Source: Bacillota bacterium (lineage in GTDB: Bacteria; Bacillota; DTU025). From it: 64,000 nucleotides of DNA. The stretch covers positions 960,001 to 1,024,000 of the forward strand of contig JBMNJT010000002.1 in the NCBI GenBank assembly GCA_050951805.1, written 5' to 3'. The position numbers were made by a program, and so were the translations under genes. Below, in pieces: positions 10,606 to 20,221 of this stretch (within the stretch, counting starts at the first letter, position 1; each line of letters starts with the position of its first letter). A model generated the notes under the pieces. The model did not search any database, was not told the origin of the DNA, and saw only the letters and a program-made list of their open reading frames with translations.

Positions 10606-11201
10606 AACGGCTTGTGGTGGCCACGTCAAATCGTGGAAAGTTTGAGGAGATTGTACACATACTATCTGGCCTTGATATCTCTGTCGAGAGCCTGTCTGAT
10701 TATCCAGGTATGGTACAAGCGGAGGAAACAGGGGAGACGTTCCGTGAGAATGCGCTGGAGAAGGCTATTGCTGCAGCGAGGCATACTCATCAGGTAGCTT
10801 TGGCTGACGATTCTGGGCTTGTTGTGGATGCTTTGGGGGGTGCCCCCGGAGTGATGTCGGCGAGATATGCAGGCGCAGGTGCTTCCGATAGTGACAAATA
10901 CAGGAAGCTGCTTTTGGCAATGGAAGGCGTGCCTGAGGGTGAGCGTACGGCGAGATTCGTATGCGTTGTGGCGATTGCAGCTCCAGATGGCCGAGCCTGG
11001 ACAGCAGAAGGTATTGTGGAAGGCGTCATAACCAGAGTTCCCCGGGGGAATGGCGGATTCGGTTATGATCCTGTGTTTCTCGTCCCGGAACTGGGGCTGA
11101 CCTTCGCTGAAATCGACCCGGAAACTAAGAATCGAATATCCCATCGTGCACGGGCCCTTGCCAGGTCAATCCCTATGGTACAAGAGGCATTGGGTATTTG
11201 A
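10602..11201 (+). CDS. rdgB: XTP/dITP diphosphatase (HAM1)
   Basis: [31 protein letters not shown]. Confidence 0.96.
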   Translation: MKRLVVATSNRGKFEEIVHILSGLDISVESLSDYPGMVQAEETGETFRENALEKAIAAARHTHQVALADDSGLVVDALGGAPGVMSARYAGAGASDSDKYRKLLLAMEGVPEGERTARFVCVVAIAAPDGRAWTAEGIVEGVITRVPRGNGGFGYDPVFLVPELGLTFAEIDPETKNRISHRARALARSIPMVQEALGI

Positions 11202-11226
11202 CGCGCGCCTGGGCGTATGGTAGACT
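11198..11226 (+). promoter_or_regulatory. sigA-type promoter for tRNA-Pro/T-box transcript
   Basis: TTGACG-N17-TAGACT with TG extension. Confidence 0.6.
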
Positions 11227-11235
11227 CGTATTGTT

Positions 11236-11312
11236 CGGGGCGTAGCTCAGTTTGGTAGAGCGCATGGTTTGGGACCATGATGTCGCAGGTTCAAATCCTG
11301 TCGCCCCGACCA
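11236..11312 (+). tRNA. tRNA-Pro(TGG)
   Basis: CGGGGCG acceptor stem, anticodon arm CATGG-TTTGGGA-CCATG, GTTCAAATC T-loop, encoded CCA. Confidence 0.97.
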
Positions 11313-11342
11313 TTCGTTGAAAAGTGATAATGGGTCCATAAA

Positions 11343-11640
11343 GGTGATGACGGAGAGTAGTAGGTTGGGAGTTGCCCAGACAGGGAGGGTGTGCCGTGAC
11401 TGCAAGCGCCCCGGGTAAGGCCCCATCGCGAATTCGCTCCCGAACCGCACGCTGAAAGACGCCAACCATGAGAAGGTTCATGTTCTTGTCCCCAGTGGCG
11501 TTCTGGTAGGTGTAGACGGGGGCCTCCCGTTACAGGGGCAGGGCATGAAGTGTGCCTGATGAAGAGGCCTAACGGCGAAGATGGGTGGTACCACGTAGTC
11601 CACGACTTGCGTCCCATGCGCACAGTCGTGGGCTTTTTTC
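11343..11640 (+). promoter_or_regulatory. T-box riboswitch, Phe specifier (UUC at 11433-11435)
   Basis: GATGACGGAGAGTAG stem I base, GAA-TTC specifier loop, T-box AAGATGGGTGGTACCACG (11578-11595), terminator AGTCCACGACT..AGTCGTGGGCT-TTTTT. Confidence 0.9.
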
Positions 11641-11672
11641 TATATGCAGAACTTTTCGGAGGCGGGCTGAGG

Positions 11673-12548
11673 GTGACACATAAGCGGGCGAAGAAAGTGA
11701 GGCTCGATGCCTTGCTGGTCGAGCGGGGCCTCGTAGAGGATTTGAAGAGCGCAAGGGCATGGATAATGTCGGGAGACGTTATCGTTGATGACATCCGGGA
11801 AGACAAGCCTGGAACGTTGATAAGGCCCGAGGCTACTATAAGGATGAGGGGCAGGAACATACCTTTCGCAAGCAGGGGCGGGCTCAAGCTGTCAGCCGCT
11901 CTCGACGCCTTTGGAGTTGATGTCAGCGGAAGGATAATCTTGGACGCAGGCGCTTCCACCGGCGGTTTTACAGATTGCCTTCTTTCCAGGGGCGCTGCGC
12001 GCGTTTACGCTGTCGATGTAGGTTACGGTCAGCTCACGGGAAAGCTTCGCCAGGATCCGCGCGTCGTCAATATGGAGAGGACCAATATAGGGGATATTGT
12101 GCTTGGGCAGCTCGACCCGGTACCAGACATGGGGGTTATCGATCTTTCATATCTATCGCTGTCGGTTGCAATTCCGACTGTGGCCAGACTACTTGCGCCC
12201 TCGGTGCCTGGGGCCGAACCGGAGATCATTGCTCTAATAAAGCCTCTGTTCGAGGTAGCTGCTTCAGGACCTGATCTCACACGGGATCAATACAGAGCTG
12301 CTGTAGAGAGGGGATTGCGTGCTGGAGAGGGGATCGGCTGGTTTGCCCGTGGGGTCATGGCGTCGCCTGTACTGGGATCAGGAGGAACACTGGAGTTCCT
12401 CGCACATTACAGCCTTGGCAAAGTCCACGGCGACTTGGACGAGAAGATAGATGAAGCTGTGTGTTCAGGCATGCAGCTTGTGGAAAATGCCGGTAGCCCG
12501 CATAGCCGGGCGGGAGGGATGGAGGAGAGTGATGAAGGAAATGAATGA
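11673..12548 (+). CDS. tlyA: TlyA family rRNA 2'-O-methyltransferase (S4 + FtsJ domains)
   Basis: RLDALLVERGL, FASRGGLKL, LDAGASTGGFTDCLL, VYAVDVGYGQL, LIKPLFE. Confidence 0.92.
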   Translation: MTHKRAKKVRLDALLVERGLVEDLKSARAWIMSGDVIVDDIREDKPGTLIRPEATIRMRGRNIPFASRGGLKLSAALDAFGVDVSGRIILDAGASTGGFTDCLLSRGAARVYAVDVGYGQLTGKLRQDPRVVNMERTNIGDIVLGQLDPVPDMGVIDLSYLSLSVAIPTVARLLAPSVPGAEPEIIALIKPLFEVAASGPDLTRDQYRAAVERGLRAGEGIGWFARGVMASPVLGSGGTLEFLAHYSLGKVHGDLDEKIDEAVCSGMQLVENAGSPHSRAGGMEESDEGNE

Positions 12549-13560
12549 CAAAGTGGAAGCAGTGGTTGAAAGAGCGCTGTCTGCGATAGAAAATGCGCAC
12601 ACGACTGCTGCCTTAGAGGAGGCGCGGGTCAGGCTCCTCGGGCGTAAGGGCGAACTGACTACTCTCTTGCGCCAGATGAAATCTGTTGATCCTGAAGACA
12701 GGCCGAAGTTCGGAGCTTTGGTCAATTCTGCGCGCGAAACAATAGAGAAGGAACTGGATGAGAGGGCCCGCGTGCTTGTGGCTGCGGAAAAGGCGGCAAG
12801 ACTTGAGCTGGAGAGAATAGATGTGACGATGCCGGGCAGGGCGCCCCGCATCGGGAAGATTCATCCTCTTACCCGAGGAATAATGGATATTACCGAGATC
12901 TTCGTTGAAATGGGGTTTTCGGTTGTTGAAGGGCCTGAGGTTGAGACTGACTACTACAACTTTGAGGCATTGAACACCCCCAAATATCATCCAGCCCGCG
13001 ATGTACAGGACACGTTCTACGTCAATGATACAGTATTGCTTAGAACTCAAACCTCGCCTATGCAGGTTAGGGAGATGGAAAAACGCGAGCCTCCGGTGAA
13101 AGTGGTTGTTCCCGGGAGAGTATACAGGCGGGATCAGGTGGATGCAACACACTCTCCTGTTTTTCACCAGATAGAGGGCCTTCTAGTCGATCATGACATA
13201 ACATTTACGGATCTCAAAGGCACGCTTGCCATGTTTGCACGCAAGTTTTACGGTGAAGAAAGGAAGGTCAGGTTCAGGCCGCATTATTTCCCATTTACAG
13301 AGCCTTCAGCTGAAATGGATATCTCATGCGCTATTTGCGGGGGCGCCGGCTGCAGGGTATGCAAACAGGAAGGCTGGATTGAAGTGCTCGGCTGCGGTCT
13401 GGTCCACCCTAACGTGCTTCGCGCGGTAGGGTATGATCCGGATGAGCTTACCGGATATGCCTTCGGCATGGGAGTGGAGAGACTCGTGATGCTAAAACAT
13501 GGCATAGACGATCTGAGGCTGTTGTACGAGAATGACCTGAGGTTCTTGTCGCAGTTTTGA
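12532..13560 (+). CDS. pheS: Phenylalanine-tRNA ligase alpha subunit
   Basis: HPARDVQDTFY, LLRTQTSP, DATHSPVFHQIEG, FRPHYFPFTEPS, GYAFGMGVER. Confidence 0.98.
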   Translation: MKEMNDKVEAVVERALSAIENAHTTAALEEARVRLLGRKGELTTLLRQMKSVDPEDRPKFGALVNSARETIEKELDERARVLVAAEKAARLELERIDVTMPGRAPRIGKIHPLTRGIMDITEIFVEMGFSVVEGPEVETDYYNFEALNTPKYHPARDVQDTFYVNDTVLLRTQTSPMQVREMEKREPPVKVVVPGRVYRRDQVDATHSPVFHQIEGLLVDHDITFTDLKGTLAMFARKFYGEERKVRFRPHYFPFTEPSAEMDISCAICGGAGCRVCKQEGWIEVLGCGLVHPNVLRAVGYDPDELTGYAFGMGVERLVMLKHGIDDLRLLYENDLRFLSQF

Positions 13561-13585
13561 ACTGGTTGAAGAGGGGTGAGAATAA

Positions 13586-16045
13586 GTGCTTGTGCCACTT
13601 AAATGGCTTTCCGATTATGTCGATATAGATCTTTGTATCGATGAGCTTGCAGATAGGCTGACAATGAGCGGGACCAAAGTGGAGACTGTAACAGATATCG
13701 GGGATAGGCTCAATCGTATTGTTGCAGGAAAAATAGTCTCTGTAAGCCCGCATGAGAGTGTCGGCCGTCTTCGCGTGGCTACTGTAGACTTGGGCCCGCG
13801 CCAGGCGCGGAGAACTCTGGTAACGGCCGCTGCGAATATTGGCAGGGGTGACATTGTTCCAGTGGTCTTGGCGGGCGGGACGATCGCCGATGGAACGGAG
13901 ATAGGTGAGGTAGATTTTTCCGGAGTTAGGTCGGAGGGAATGCTCTGTTCAGCCAAGGAACTTGGGATTTCTTCTGATGGATCAGGCATTCTGCGCTTGC
14001 CCGACGATATCAAACCCGGGGACGACGTAGTCTCTGCTCTGGGATTGGCTGACACTGTGATAGAACTGGAGATAACGCCGAACAGGCCTGACTGCCTCTG
14101 CATGATCGGGATCGCGCGCGAGGTTGCTGCTATTACAGGTGCAACCCTCAAGATGCCCAACACCGCACTAAAAGAAGGCAGTGAGCGGGCAGAAGAACTT
14201 ATCAGCGTGAAGATTGATGCCCATGACCTGTGCTCTCGGTACGGAGCCCGGGTAATACAGAAGGTTTCTATAGGCCAGTCTCCAATCTGGATGCAGGTTC
14301 GGCTGTCAGCTGCAGGCGTGAGACCGATCAACAACGTGGTGGATGTGACGAACTACGTCATGTTAGAGGTGAATCAACCTCTCCATGCGTTCGATTACGA
14401 TCGCATGTCGGAGCATGCCGTTATAGTCAGGCGCGCTCGTTCCGGCGAGGTCATTGTTACACTCGATGGCGAAGAACGCAGGCTTGACCCGGAGATGCTC
14501 GTTATTGCAGATCCAGGCTCAGCCCTGGCTGTGGCGGGCGTGATGGGCGGGCTTTCCACGGAGATTACCGAGGATACATGCACTGTCTTGTTGGAATCGG
14601 CTACGTTTGCTCGCCAGAGTGTCTGGAGGACTTCTCGAAGTCTGAAGCTTCGAACTGAGGCATCATCACGATACGAAAAGGGGTTGGACCCGGAGACGGT
14701 TCCTTTGGCTCTGGATCGCGCTGGCCATCTGCTCGAGGCGATTGGGGCAGGTGTTGCTGCATCTGGAATTGTGGACGCCTATCCATCAACGGCAGCTGTT
14801 AGGGTTATAAGTACGGATGCGGCCAGGATATCAAGGCGGCTCGGCGTGGATGTGAGCTCCGATGATGTCGCGGATTCCCTGGGTCGCTTGGGTTTCTCTG
14901 TACGTGTCGAGAGCGGGGCGAACAAGGCCAAGTCCGAGGGAGGCTCGCTTGTTGTTGAAGTTCCAACTTTCAGAGGGGACGTTCAGGAAGAGATAGATCT
15001 CGTGGAAGAGGTCGCCCGAATGTGGGGCTATGATAGGATTCCGACGACAGTTCCTGCAGGAGCCCACGTCGGAGGATACACATACGAGCAAAAAAAGGCC
15101 ATGCAGGCGAAGACGATCCTGACGGGCGCAGGCGCGAGCGAGGCACTTACGATCCCATTCATGTCTGTGGCCGATCTTGACATGCTCAGGGTTGGGCAGG
15201 GCGACCCTTTGCGCGATGCTATTCGCATTGACAACCCCATGGTCGAAGAGCAATCGTACATGAGGACTACGATGTTGCCGTCAATGCTTGCGGCTATTCG
15301 AACCAACATCAACAGGGGCAATAGGGGAGTATGCCTATTCGAGCTAGGCAAGACTTACTTTCCGTCCCAAAGCCTCAAACGTGGAGAAGAGCTTCGTAGA
15401 GGCGAGAATCCGGCCGTCGAGAGACAGGTTCTTGTATGCGGCATGGCCGGTGCATATACCCCGCGTATCTGGCATACTCGTGAACGTGACTACGATTTCT
15501 ACGATGCAAAGGGAGTGCTGGAGGCGCTTCTTGAAGGGATGGGCGTGGACGGAGCAACCTATGTTCAGACGGTGCGCCCTTCATTCCATCCTGGGCGGAC
15601 GGCTTCCATAGTATGGGAAGATAGGGAACTTGGCGTTATCGGAGAGGTCCATCCCGATGTTTCAGAGGCGTACGGCGTTGCCGGACGCGTCTACATGTTC
15701 GAGCTGGACTTTGCAAGAATGTTGGAAGCCGTAGATGAAGCGAAGTCATACGAGCCATTGCCGAGGTATCCGGCAATAGAGCGTGACGTGGCAATGGTGT
15801 TGCCTCGCGCAGTCTCCATTGCAGATGTGGCTGAGCTTATCGAAAAGACCGGGGGGGAGCTTGTTCGCTCTGTCACGCTGTTCGATGTTTACGAGGGCTT
15901 GCCTGTGCCTGAGGGAAAGCGGAGCATCGCCTTTACCGTAACCTACCGCGCCCAGGACCGCACCCTCACTGATGAAGAAGTCAACCGCCTGCACGAGGAG
16001 GTCAGGAAGGCTTTGACGGACGAGATGGGCGCAGTCCTTAGATAA
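13586..16045 (+). CDS. pheT: Phenylalanine-tRNA ligase beta subunit
   Basis: EITPNRPDCL, INNVVDVTNY, RTEASSRYEKG, C-terminal FDX-ACB domain. Confidence 0.98.
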   Translation: MLVPLKWLSDYVDIDLCIDELADRLTMSGTKVETVTDIGDRLNRIVAGKIVSVSPHESVGRLRVATVDLGPRQARRTLVTAAANIGRGDIVPVVLAGGTIADGTEIGEVDFSGVRSEGMLCSAKELGISSDGSGILRLPDDIKPGDDVVSALGLADTVIELEITPNRPDCLCMIGIAREVAAITGATLKMPNTALKEGSERAEELISVKIDAHDLCSRYGARVIQKVSIGQSPIWMQVRLSAAGVRPINNVVDVTNYVMLEVNQPLHAFDYDRMSEHAVIVRRARSGEVIVTLDGEERRLDPEMLVIADPGSALAVAGVMGGLSTEITEDTCTVLLESATFARQSVWRTSRSLKLRTEASSRYEKGLDPETVPLALDRAGHLLEAIGAGVAASGIVDAYPSTAAVRVISTDAARISRRLGVDVSSDDVADSLGRLGFSVRVESGANKAKSEGGSLVVEVPTFRGDVQEEIDLVEEVARMWGYDRIPTTVPAGAHVGGYTYEQKKAMQAKTILTGAGASEALTIPFMSVADLDMLRVGQGDPLRDAIRIDNPMVEEQSYMRTTMLPSMLAAIRTNINRGNRGVCLFELGKTYFPSQSLKRGEELRRGENPAVERQVLVCGMAGAYTPRIWHTRERDYDFYDAKGVLEALLEGMGVDGATYVQTVRPSFHPGRTASIVWEDRELGVIGEVHPDVSEAYGVAGRVYMFELDFARMLEAVDEAKSYEPLPRYPAIERDVAMVLPRAVSIADVAELIEKTGGELVRSVTLFDVYEGLPVPEGKRSIAFTVTYRAQDRTLTDEEVNRLHEEVRKALTDEMGAVLR

Positions 16046-16165
16046 AACATGTGCGTGCGAGAAAATGCAGGAATCTGCAATATTGTTGGCAAACAATCTA
16101 CGTGATAGGACCTGATTGCCGAGGGGTGTCAGGAGCCGCATCATGGATGCAGGAGGGTGATGCTG

Positions 16166-16444
16166 ATGTTGACGGAGCAAGGTCCCGATGGATTAGATCA
16201 GGAAGGCGTGCGGGTGTCCGCAGTCATCTTGGGTGAGGAATACGTGATACGCGGGGATACCGAGGCAGAACAGATTGAATCCTTGGCTAAGGAAGTTGAC
16301 TTGCGAATGAAAGCGATAGCGGAGGCCAATCCGAGGTTGTCGTCTCAGCAAGTTGCTGTGCTCTCTGCCCTCAATCTCATGGGAGAACTCGTTGTGTCAA
16401 AGCGTCGCTACTCTGATCTCCTTGACCTGTTGGAGCAGGTTTAG
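16166..16444 (+). CDS. zapA: Cell division protein ZapA
   Basis: ILGEEYVIRG..VDLRMKAI..AVLSALN; conserved pheT-zapA-cvpA-polX-mutS2 order. Confidence 0.85.
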   Translation: MLTEQGPDGLDQEGVRVSAVILGEEYVIRGDTEAEQIESLAKEVDLRMKAIAEANPRLSSQQVAVLSALNLMGELVVSKRRYSDLLDLLEQV

Positions 16445-16462
16445 ATACGGAGGTGAGGCTTT

Positions 16463-17032
16463 TTGACTGTCTCGTCTCTTGATTGGCTTAGCATAGTCCT
16501 CATAGTGATACTCGTTGCAGACTTCGTTGTGGGCTATCGTCGCGGATTTGTGCGGCAACTATTCGATATTGCGGGCATAATAATCGCAATCCTCGTTGCG
16601 GCCAACCGCTGGCAGGGCGCTTCCGGTCTTCTGCAGAAATGGTTTCCAAAACTGCGGCCTCCCGGCGCTCACATGGTAGGCTTTTTGGCATTGCTCATAA
16701 TCACTTTAGTAGTGGTCGATTTGATCGGGCAGGCATTGTCATCGGCCGTGAGCGCCTCGGGAGTGTCGGCGCTTAACTGCTTTGGCGGCGCTGCGCTGAG
16801 AATCCTCAGGTCCTGTCTTATCATCAGCATCGTGCTGGTGGCCCTGGTCTCGTTGAGGATACCCAGCCTTACCAGGACTGTGGAGTCTTCTCCCGTTGCC
16901 ATGAAGATAATCAAGGTTGCGCCTTCCATATGGGACGGGTTTGAGAAGTTCATGCCGGAGCAATTTCGTCCTTCGGGACCTGGGGGGGCGAAAGGTGAAC
17001 CAGCTAAACCTGGCGGTGGCGGCTTCATTTAG
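16463..17032 (+). CDS. cvpA: CvpA family membrane protein
   Basis: GYRRGFVRQL, several TM helices, synteny. Confidence 0.85.
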   Translation: MTVSSLDWLSIVLIVILVADFVVGYRRGFVRQLFDIAGIIIAILVAANRWQGASGLLQKWFPKLRPPGAHMVGFLALLIITLVVVDLIGQALSSAVSASGVSALNCFGGAALRILRSCLIISIVLVALVSLRIPSLTRTVESSPVAMKIIKVAPSIWDGFEKFMPEQFRPSGPGGAKGEPAKPGGGGFI

Positions 17033-18737
17033 CGAGATCGCAGATCTTCTCGAAATCATGGGGGATAATCCGTTCAAGGTGAGGGCGTACAGGCGAGCCG
17101 CCGAGGCTATCGCTGGATTGGACGAGCCAGCCTCCGAGATCCTTGCGCGCGATCCTGGGAGCATACCCGGGGTTGGGGATGCTCTTCGGGCAAAGGTGGA
17201 AGAGATGGAGTCTACCGGCAGAATTGAGTATCTCGAGAAGCTCAGGCTCGAAGTGCCCGCCGCTATATTGGCGTTGATAGAGGTGCCCGGTATTGGTCCG
17301 AAGACTGCGTGGAAGCTCTATGAGTCCCTGGGAGTGGAGGACGAGGCCAGTCTGCTGGCGGCTGCGCGGGCGGGGAAGATTCGGGATTTGCCGGGGTTTG
17401 GCGAGAAGACGGAGGATAAGATAATAAGGGCAATAGAGAACATGAAATCTACTGAGGCACGAAGACCTCTATACAAGGTATTGCCGATTGCCCATGATTT
17501 CGAAGCCATGCTTGGCGCGGTCGAAGGAGTTGAGCGAGTTGGCATCGGCGGCAGCTTGCGGCGAAGGCGCGATACCGTAGGTGACATCGACCTTATCGCG
17601 TCGACTCGAGCCGGAGATCTCGTTATGGAGGCCTTCTCCGCCAGCGACATGCTGAGGGAGATAACCGCGATGGGGCCTTTCAAAGCTGAGGCAATTGCGG
17701 TTTCTGGTATTAGATGTGAGATACGGGTTGTTGCCCCTGAGTCATACTGGACAGGCTTTCATCACATAACAGGATCAAGAGCGCATCACGTAAAGCTTAG
17801 AAGAATCGCCGGCAGACATGGCCTAAAGATAAGCGAGTATGGAGTGCGCCGCGATGACACGGGGGAGATGATCCCCGTGGGCAGTGAGGAGGAGCTTTAT
17901 GCTATCTTGGGCATGGACTACATCCCTCCGGAGCTTCGGGAGGATTGGGGTGAGATAGAGGCTGCACTCGAGGGAAGGCTTCCGGATCTCATTGACGAAG
18001 GCGCGATTCGCGGAGATCTTCACATCCATACCAACTGGAGCGACGGCGTAGCTTCGATAGAGGAAATGGCAAGAGCTGCTCGGGACATAGGGCATGAGTA
18101 CATTGCAATCACTGACCATTCCCGATCTTTGGGCATCGCCCGCGGCCTATCAGAGGATAGGCTGGCAGAACACATTGAGGCGGTGCGCAGAGTTGATGCC
18201 AAGATTGACGGGATCAGGATTCTTTCTGGAGCAGAAGTCGACATACTAAAGGAAGGGCGGCTCGACTATTCAGATGAGCTTCTTTCCAAGTTAGATGTCG
18301 TCATCGCATCTGTTCACAGCGGATTTCAGCAGGATCGCGATACGATGACGAGGAGAATCATCGAGGCCATGCGCAATCCCAATGTCGACATACTGGCGCA
18401 CCCAACAGGGCGGCTTCTTGGACGCAGGCCAGGTTATGAGGTGGACATAGAAGCCGTGATACGAGAAGCTGCAGCTACCGGGACTGCGTTGGAGATCAAT
18501 TCATATCCAGACCGGCTCGATCTCCGAGACGAGCATGCCCGCATGGCGCGAGACCGAGGAGTGATGATTTCCATCAACACCGACTCGCATTCTCCGGAAG
18601 AGCTGGAGAACATCAGATACGGCGTTTGGGTAGGCAGACGCGCCTGGCTTGAACGCCAGGACGTGCTCAATGCCATGACGTGCGAGGAACTTCGTGTATG
18701 GCTTGGTTCACACAAGCGGCACATGTTTCCGGTCTGA
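16995..18737 (+). CDS. polX: DNA polymerase/3'-5' exonuclease PolX (PHP domain)
   Basis: NPFKVRAYRRAA, GSLRR..GDIDL, DLHIHTNWSDG, ITDHS, NTDSH. Confidence 0.96.
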   Translation: MNQLNLAVAASFSEIADLLEIMGDNPFKVRAYRRAAEAIAGLDEPASEILARDPGSIPGVGDALRAKVEEMESTGRIEYLEKLRLEVPAAILALIEVPGIGPKTAWKLYESLGVEDEASLLAAARAGKIRDLPGFGEKTEDKIIRAIENMKSTEARRPLYKVLPIAHDFEAMLGAVEGVERVGIGGSLRRRRDTVGDIDLIASTRAGDLVMEAFSASDMLREITAMGPFKAEAIAVSGIRCEIRVVAPESYWTGFHHITGSRAHHVKLRRIAGRHGLKISEYGVRRDDTGEMIPVGSEEELYAILGMDYIPPELREDWGEIEAALEGRLPDLIDEGAIRGDLHIHTNWSDGVASIEEMARAARDIGHEYIAITDHSRSLGIARGLSEDRLAEHIEAVRRVDAKIDGIRILSGAEVDILKEGRLDYSDELLSKLDVVIASVHSGFQQDRDTMTRRIIEAMRNPNVDILAHPTGRLLGRRPGYEVDIEAVIREAAATGTALEINSYPDRLDLRDEHARMARDRGVMISINTDSHSPEELENIRYGVWVGRRAWLERQDVLNAMTCEELRVWLGSHKRHMFPV

Positions 18738-18762
18738 GCGTTTTGCTGGGAAGAGATGTCCG

Positions 18763-18793
18763 GAATACCTCGAATTCGCGTATGGGCATACTA
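18763..18793 (+). promoter_or_regulatory. Possible forespore (sigF/sigG-like) promoter
   Basis: GAATA..GGGCATACTA upstream of a YetF-family gene; spacing imperfect. Confidence 0.35.
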
Positions 18794-18834
18794 ATGTATG
18801 CGCCGTGCGCGAGTCTTTTTTTGTGGAGGCTAAG

Positions 18835-19539
18835 ATGTTTCACGCGATAGTCCGATCACTTACGGTCTACTTCTTCGTTCTCGCATCCATGCGTCTGATG
18901 GGGAAACGCGAGATAGGGAATATATCCCCTTTCGATCTTGTAGTTGCCATCATGATCGCGGAATTGGGTGCTATTCCACTTCAGAGTCATGATATTCCTC
19001 TTGGCCACGGTCTTGTTCCTATAGCTATACTTGCTGCTGTGGAAGTGTTGGTGGCCCTTGCTTGCCTCAAGTTTCCGGGAATCCGGAGATTAGTGATTGG
19101 CGAGCCTACTGTGATAATTGAGGATGGAAAAGTGATGGGACGAAACATGCAGAAACTCCGATACAACATCAACGACCTCCTAAGCCAACTCAGGGACAAG
19201 GACGTATTCAACGTGGCAGACGTGGAGTTCGCTCTTCTGGAGCCTTCTGGTAGGCTCAGCGTGCTCTTGAAGTCGCAGCGGAGACCGGTGACGCCCGAAG
19301 ACCTGTCAATTGAGACTCATTACGAAGGGCCATCTTACCCATTGGTAGCTGACGGGAAAATACAGTATCAATACCTGAAGATGCTCGATCTGACAGTGAA
19401 AGACCTCACGGATATGCTGAAGGCGAAGGACATACAAAGTGTTGAAGATGTCTTCTTTGCCTCTCTCGACAGCGGAGGCGAACTGTACGTGACTATGCAG
19501 GACGAAGTTTGCCTCGACGAGCTTGAACGGGGAGAATAG
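18835..19539 (+). CDS. DUF421 / YetF family spore membrane protein
   Basis: RLMGKREIGNISPFDLV, GEPTVIIEDGK, FALLEPSGRLSV. Confidence 0.9.
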   Translation: MFHAIVRSLTVYFFVLASMRLMGKREIGNISPFDLVVAIMIAELGAIPLQSHDIPLGHGLVPIAILAAVEVLVALACLKFPGIRRLVIGEPTVIIEDGKVMGRNMQKLRYNINDLLSQLRDKDVFNVADVEFALLEPSGRLSVLLKSQRRPVTPEDLSIETHYEGPSYPLVADGKIQYQYLKMLDLTVKDLTDMLKAKDIQSVEDVFFASLDSGGELYVTMQDEVCLDELERGE

Positions 19540-19560
19540 GAAGTGTGAGGGGGTAGAGCT

Positions 19561-20118
19561 ATGGAGCTGTCTCGCGAATTTCGGGAGAGGTTTGTCCGGA
19601 GCTTGCAGGGACGAGACTACATCCTTTACGGCGGCGTTTTGCAATTAGCTAAGGAGCGCGGGCTGAGGCGCATAAGCACGCGGATAATCCAGATCCCCAG
19701 CAAGGATAATTCGATGTATGCCGTGGTGGAAGCGGAAGTGGAAACTGAGGATGGAGTCTTTTCCGAGGTGGGCGATGCTTCGCCCGAAAGCGTTGCCCGA
19801 TCCATTCAGCCGCACCTTCTCAGGATGGCAGCGACCAGGGCTAAGGCGCGGGCGATGAGGGACGCCGTGGGCATAGACATGGTTGCCCTCGAGGAACTGG
19901 GGGATGCTCTGCCAGATAGGGATGTTATGGATGAGGAGGTTGATTTGCGAAGTCCGGAAGATCTCGTTATTAGGTTCGGAAAATACTCAGGGAAGACTCT
20001 GGGAGAGATATACGGAGTCGATCGCGGATACGTGGAATGGCTGAGTCAGAACGCGAGGGATGAAGCCATAAGAGACGCGTCTAGGGAGTTGATGTTGCCC
20101 AGCACACCTGAGATGTGA
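19561..20118 (+). CDS. Conserved hypothetical protein: putative Rad52/Erf-like N-domain plus ExoX-like C-terminal FGKYxG domain
   Basis: LQGRDYILYGGVL..GDASPESV..RMAATRAKARAMRDAVGI; C-term IRFGKYSGKTLGEI..YVEWL. Confidence 0.65.
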   Translation: MELSREFRERFVRSLQGRDYILYGGVLQLAKERGLRRISTRIIQIPSKDNSMYAVVEAEVETEDGVFSEVGDASPESVARSIQPHLLRMAATRAKARAMRDAVGIDMVALEELGDALPDRDVMDEEVDLRSPEDLVIRFGKYSGKTLGEIYGVDRGYVEWLSQNARDEAIRDASRELMLPSTPEM

Positions 20119-20221
20119 GTCTGCTATAATTGAACAGAGCGCGGCGAGCGGTGGGTCCGGAATGCCCCGGACCCATTTCGGGTATGTCGTCCGTGCCAAT
20201 GCGACATGTGGGGGAGTTCTC

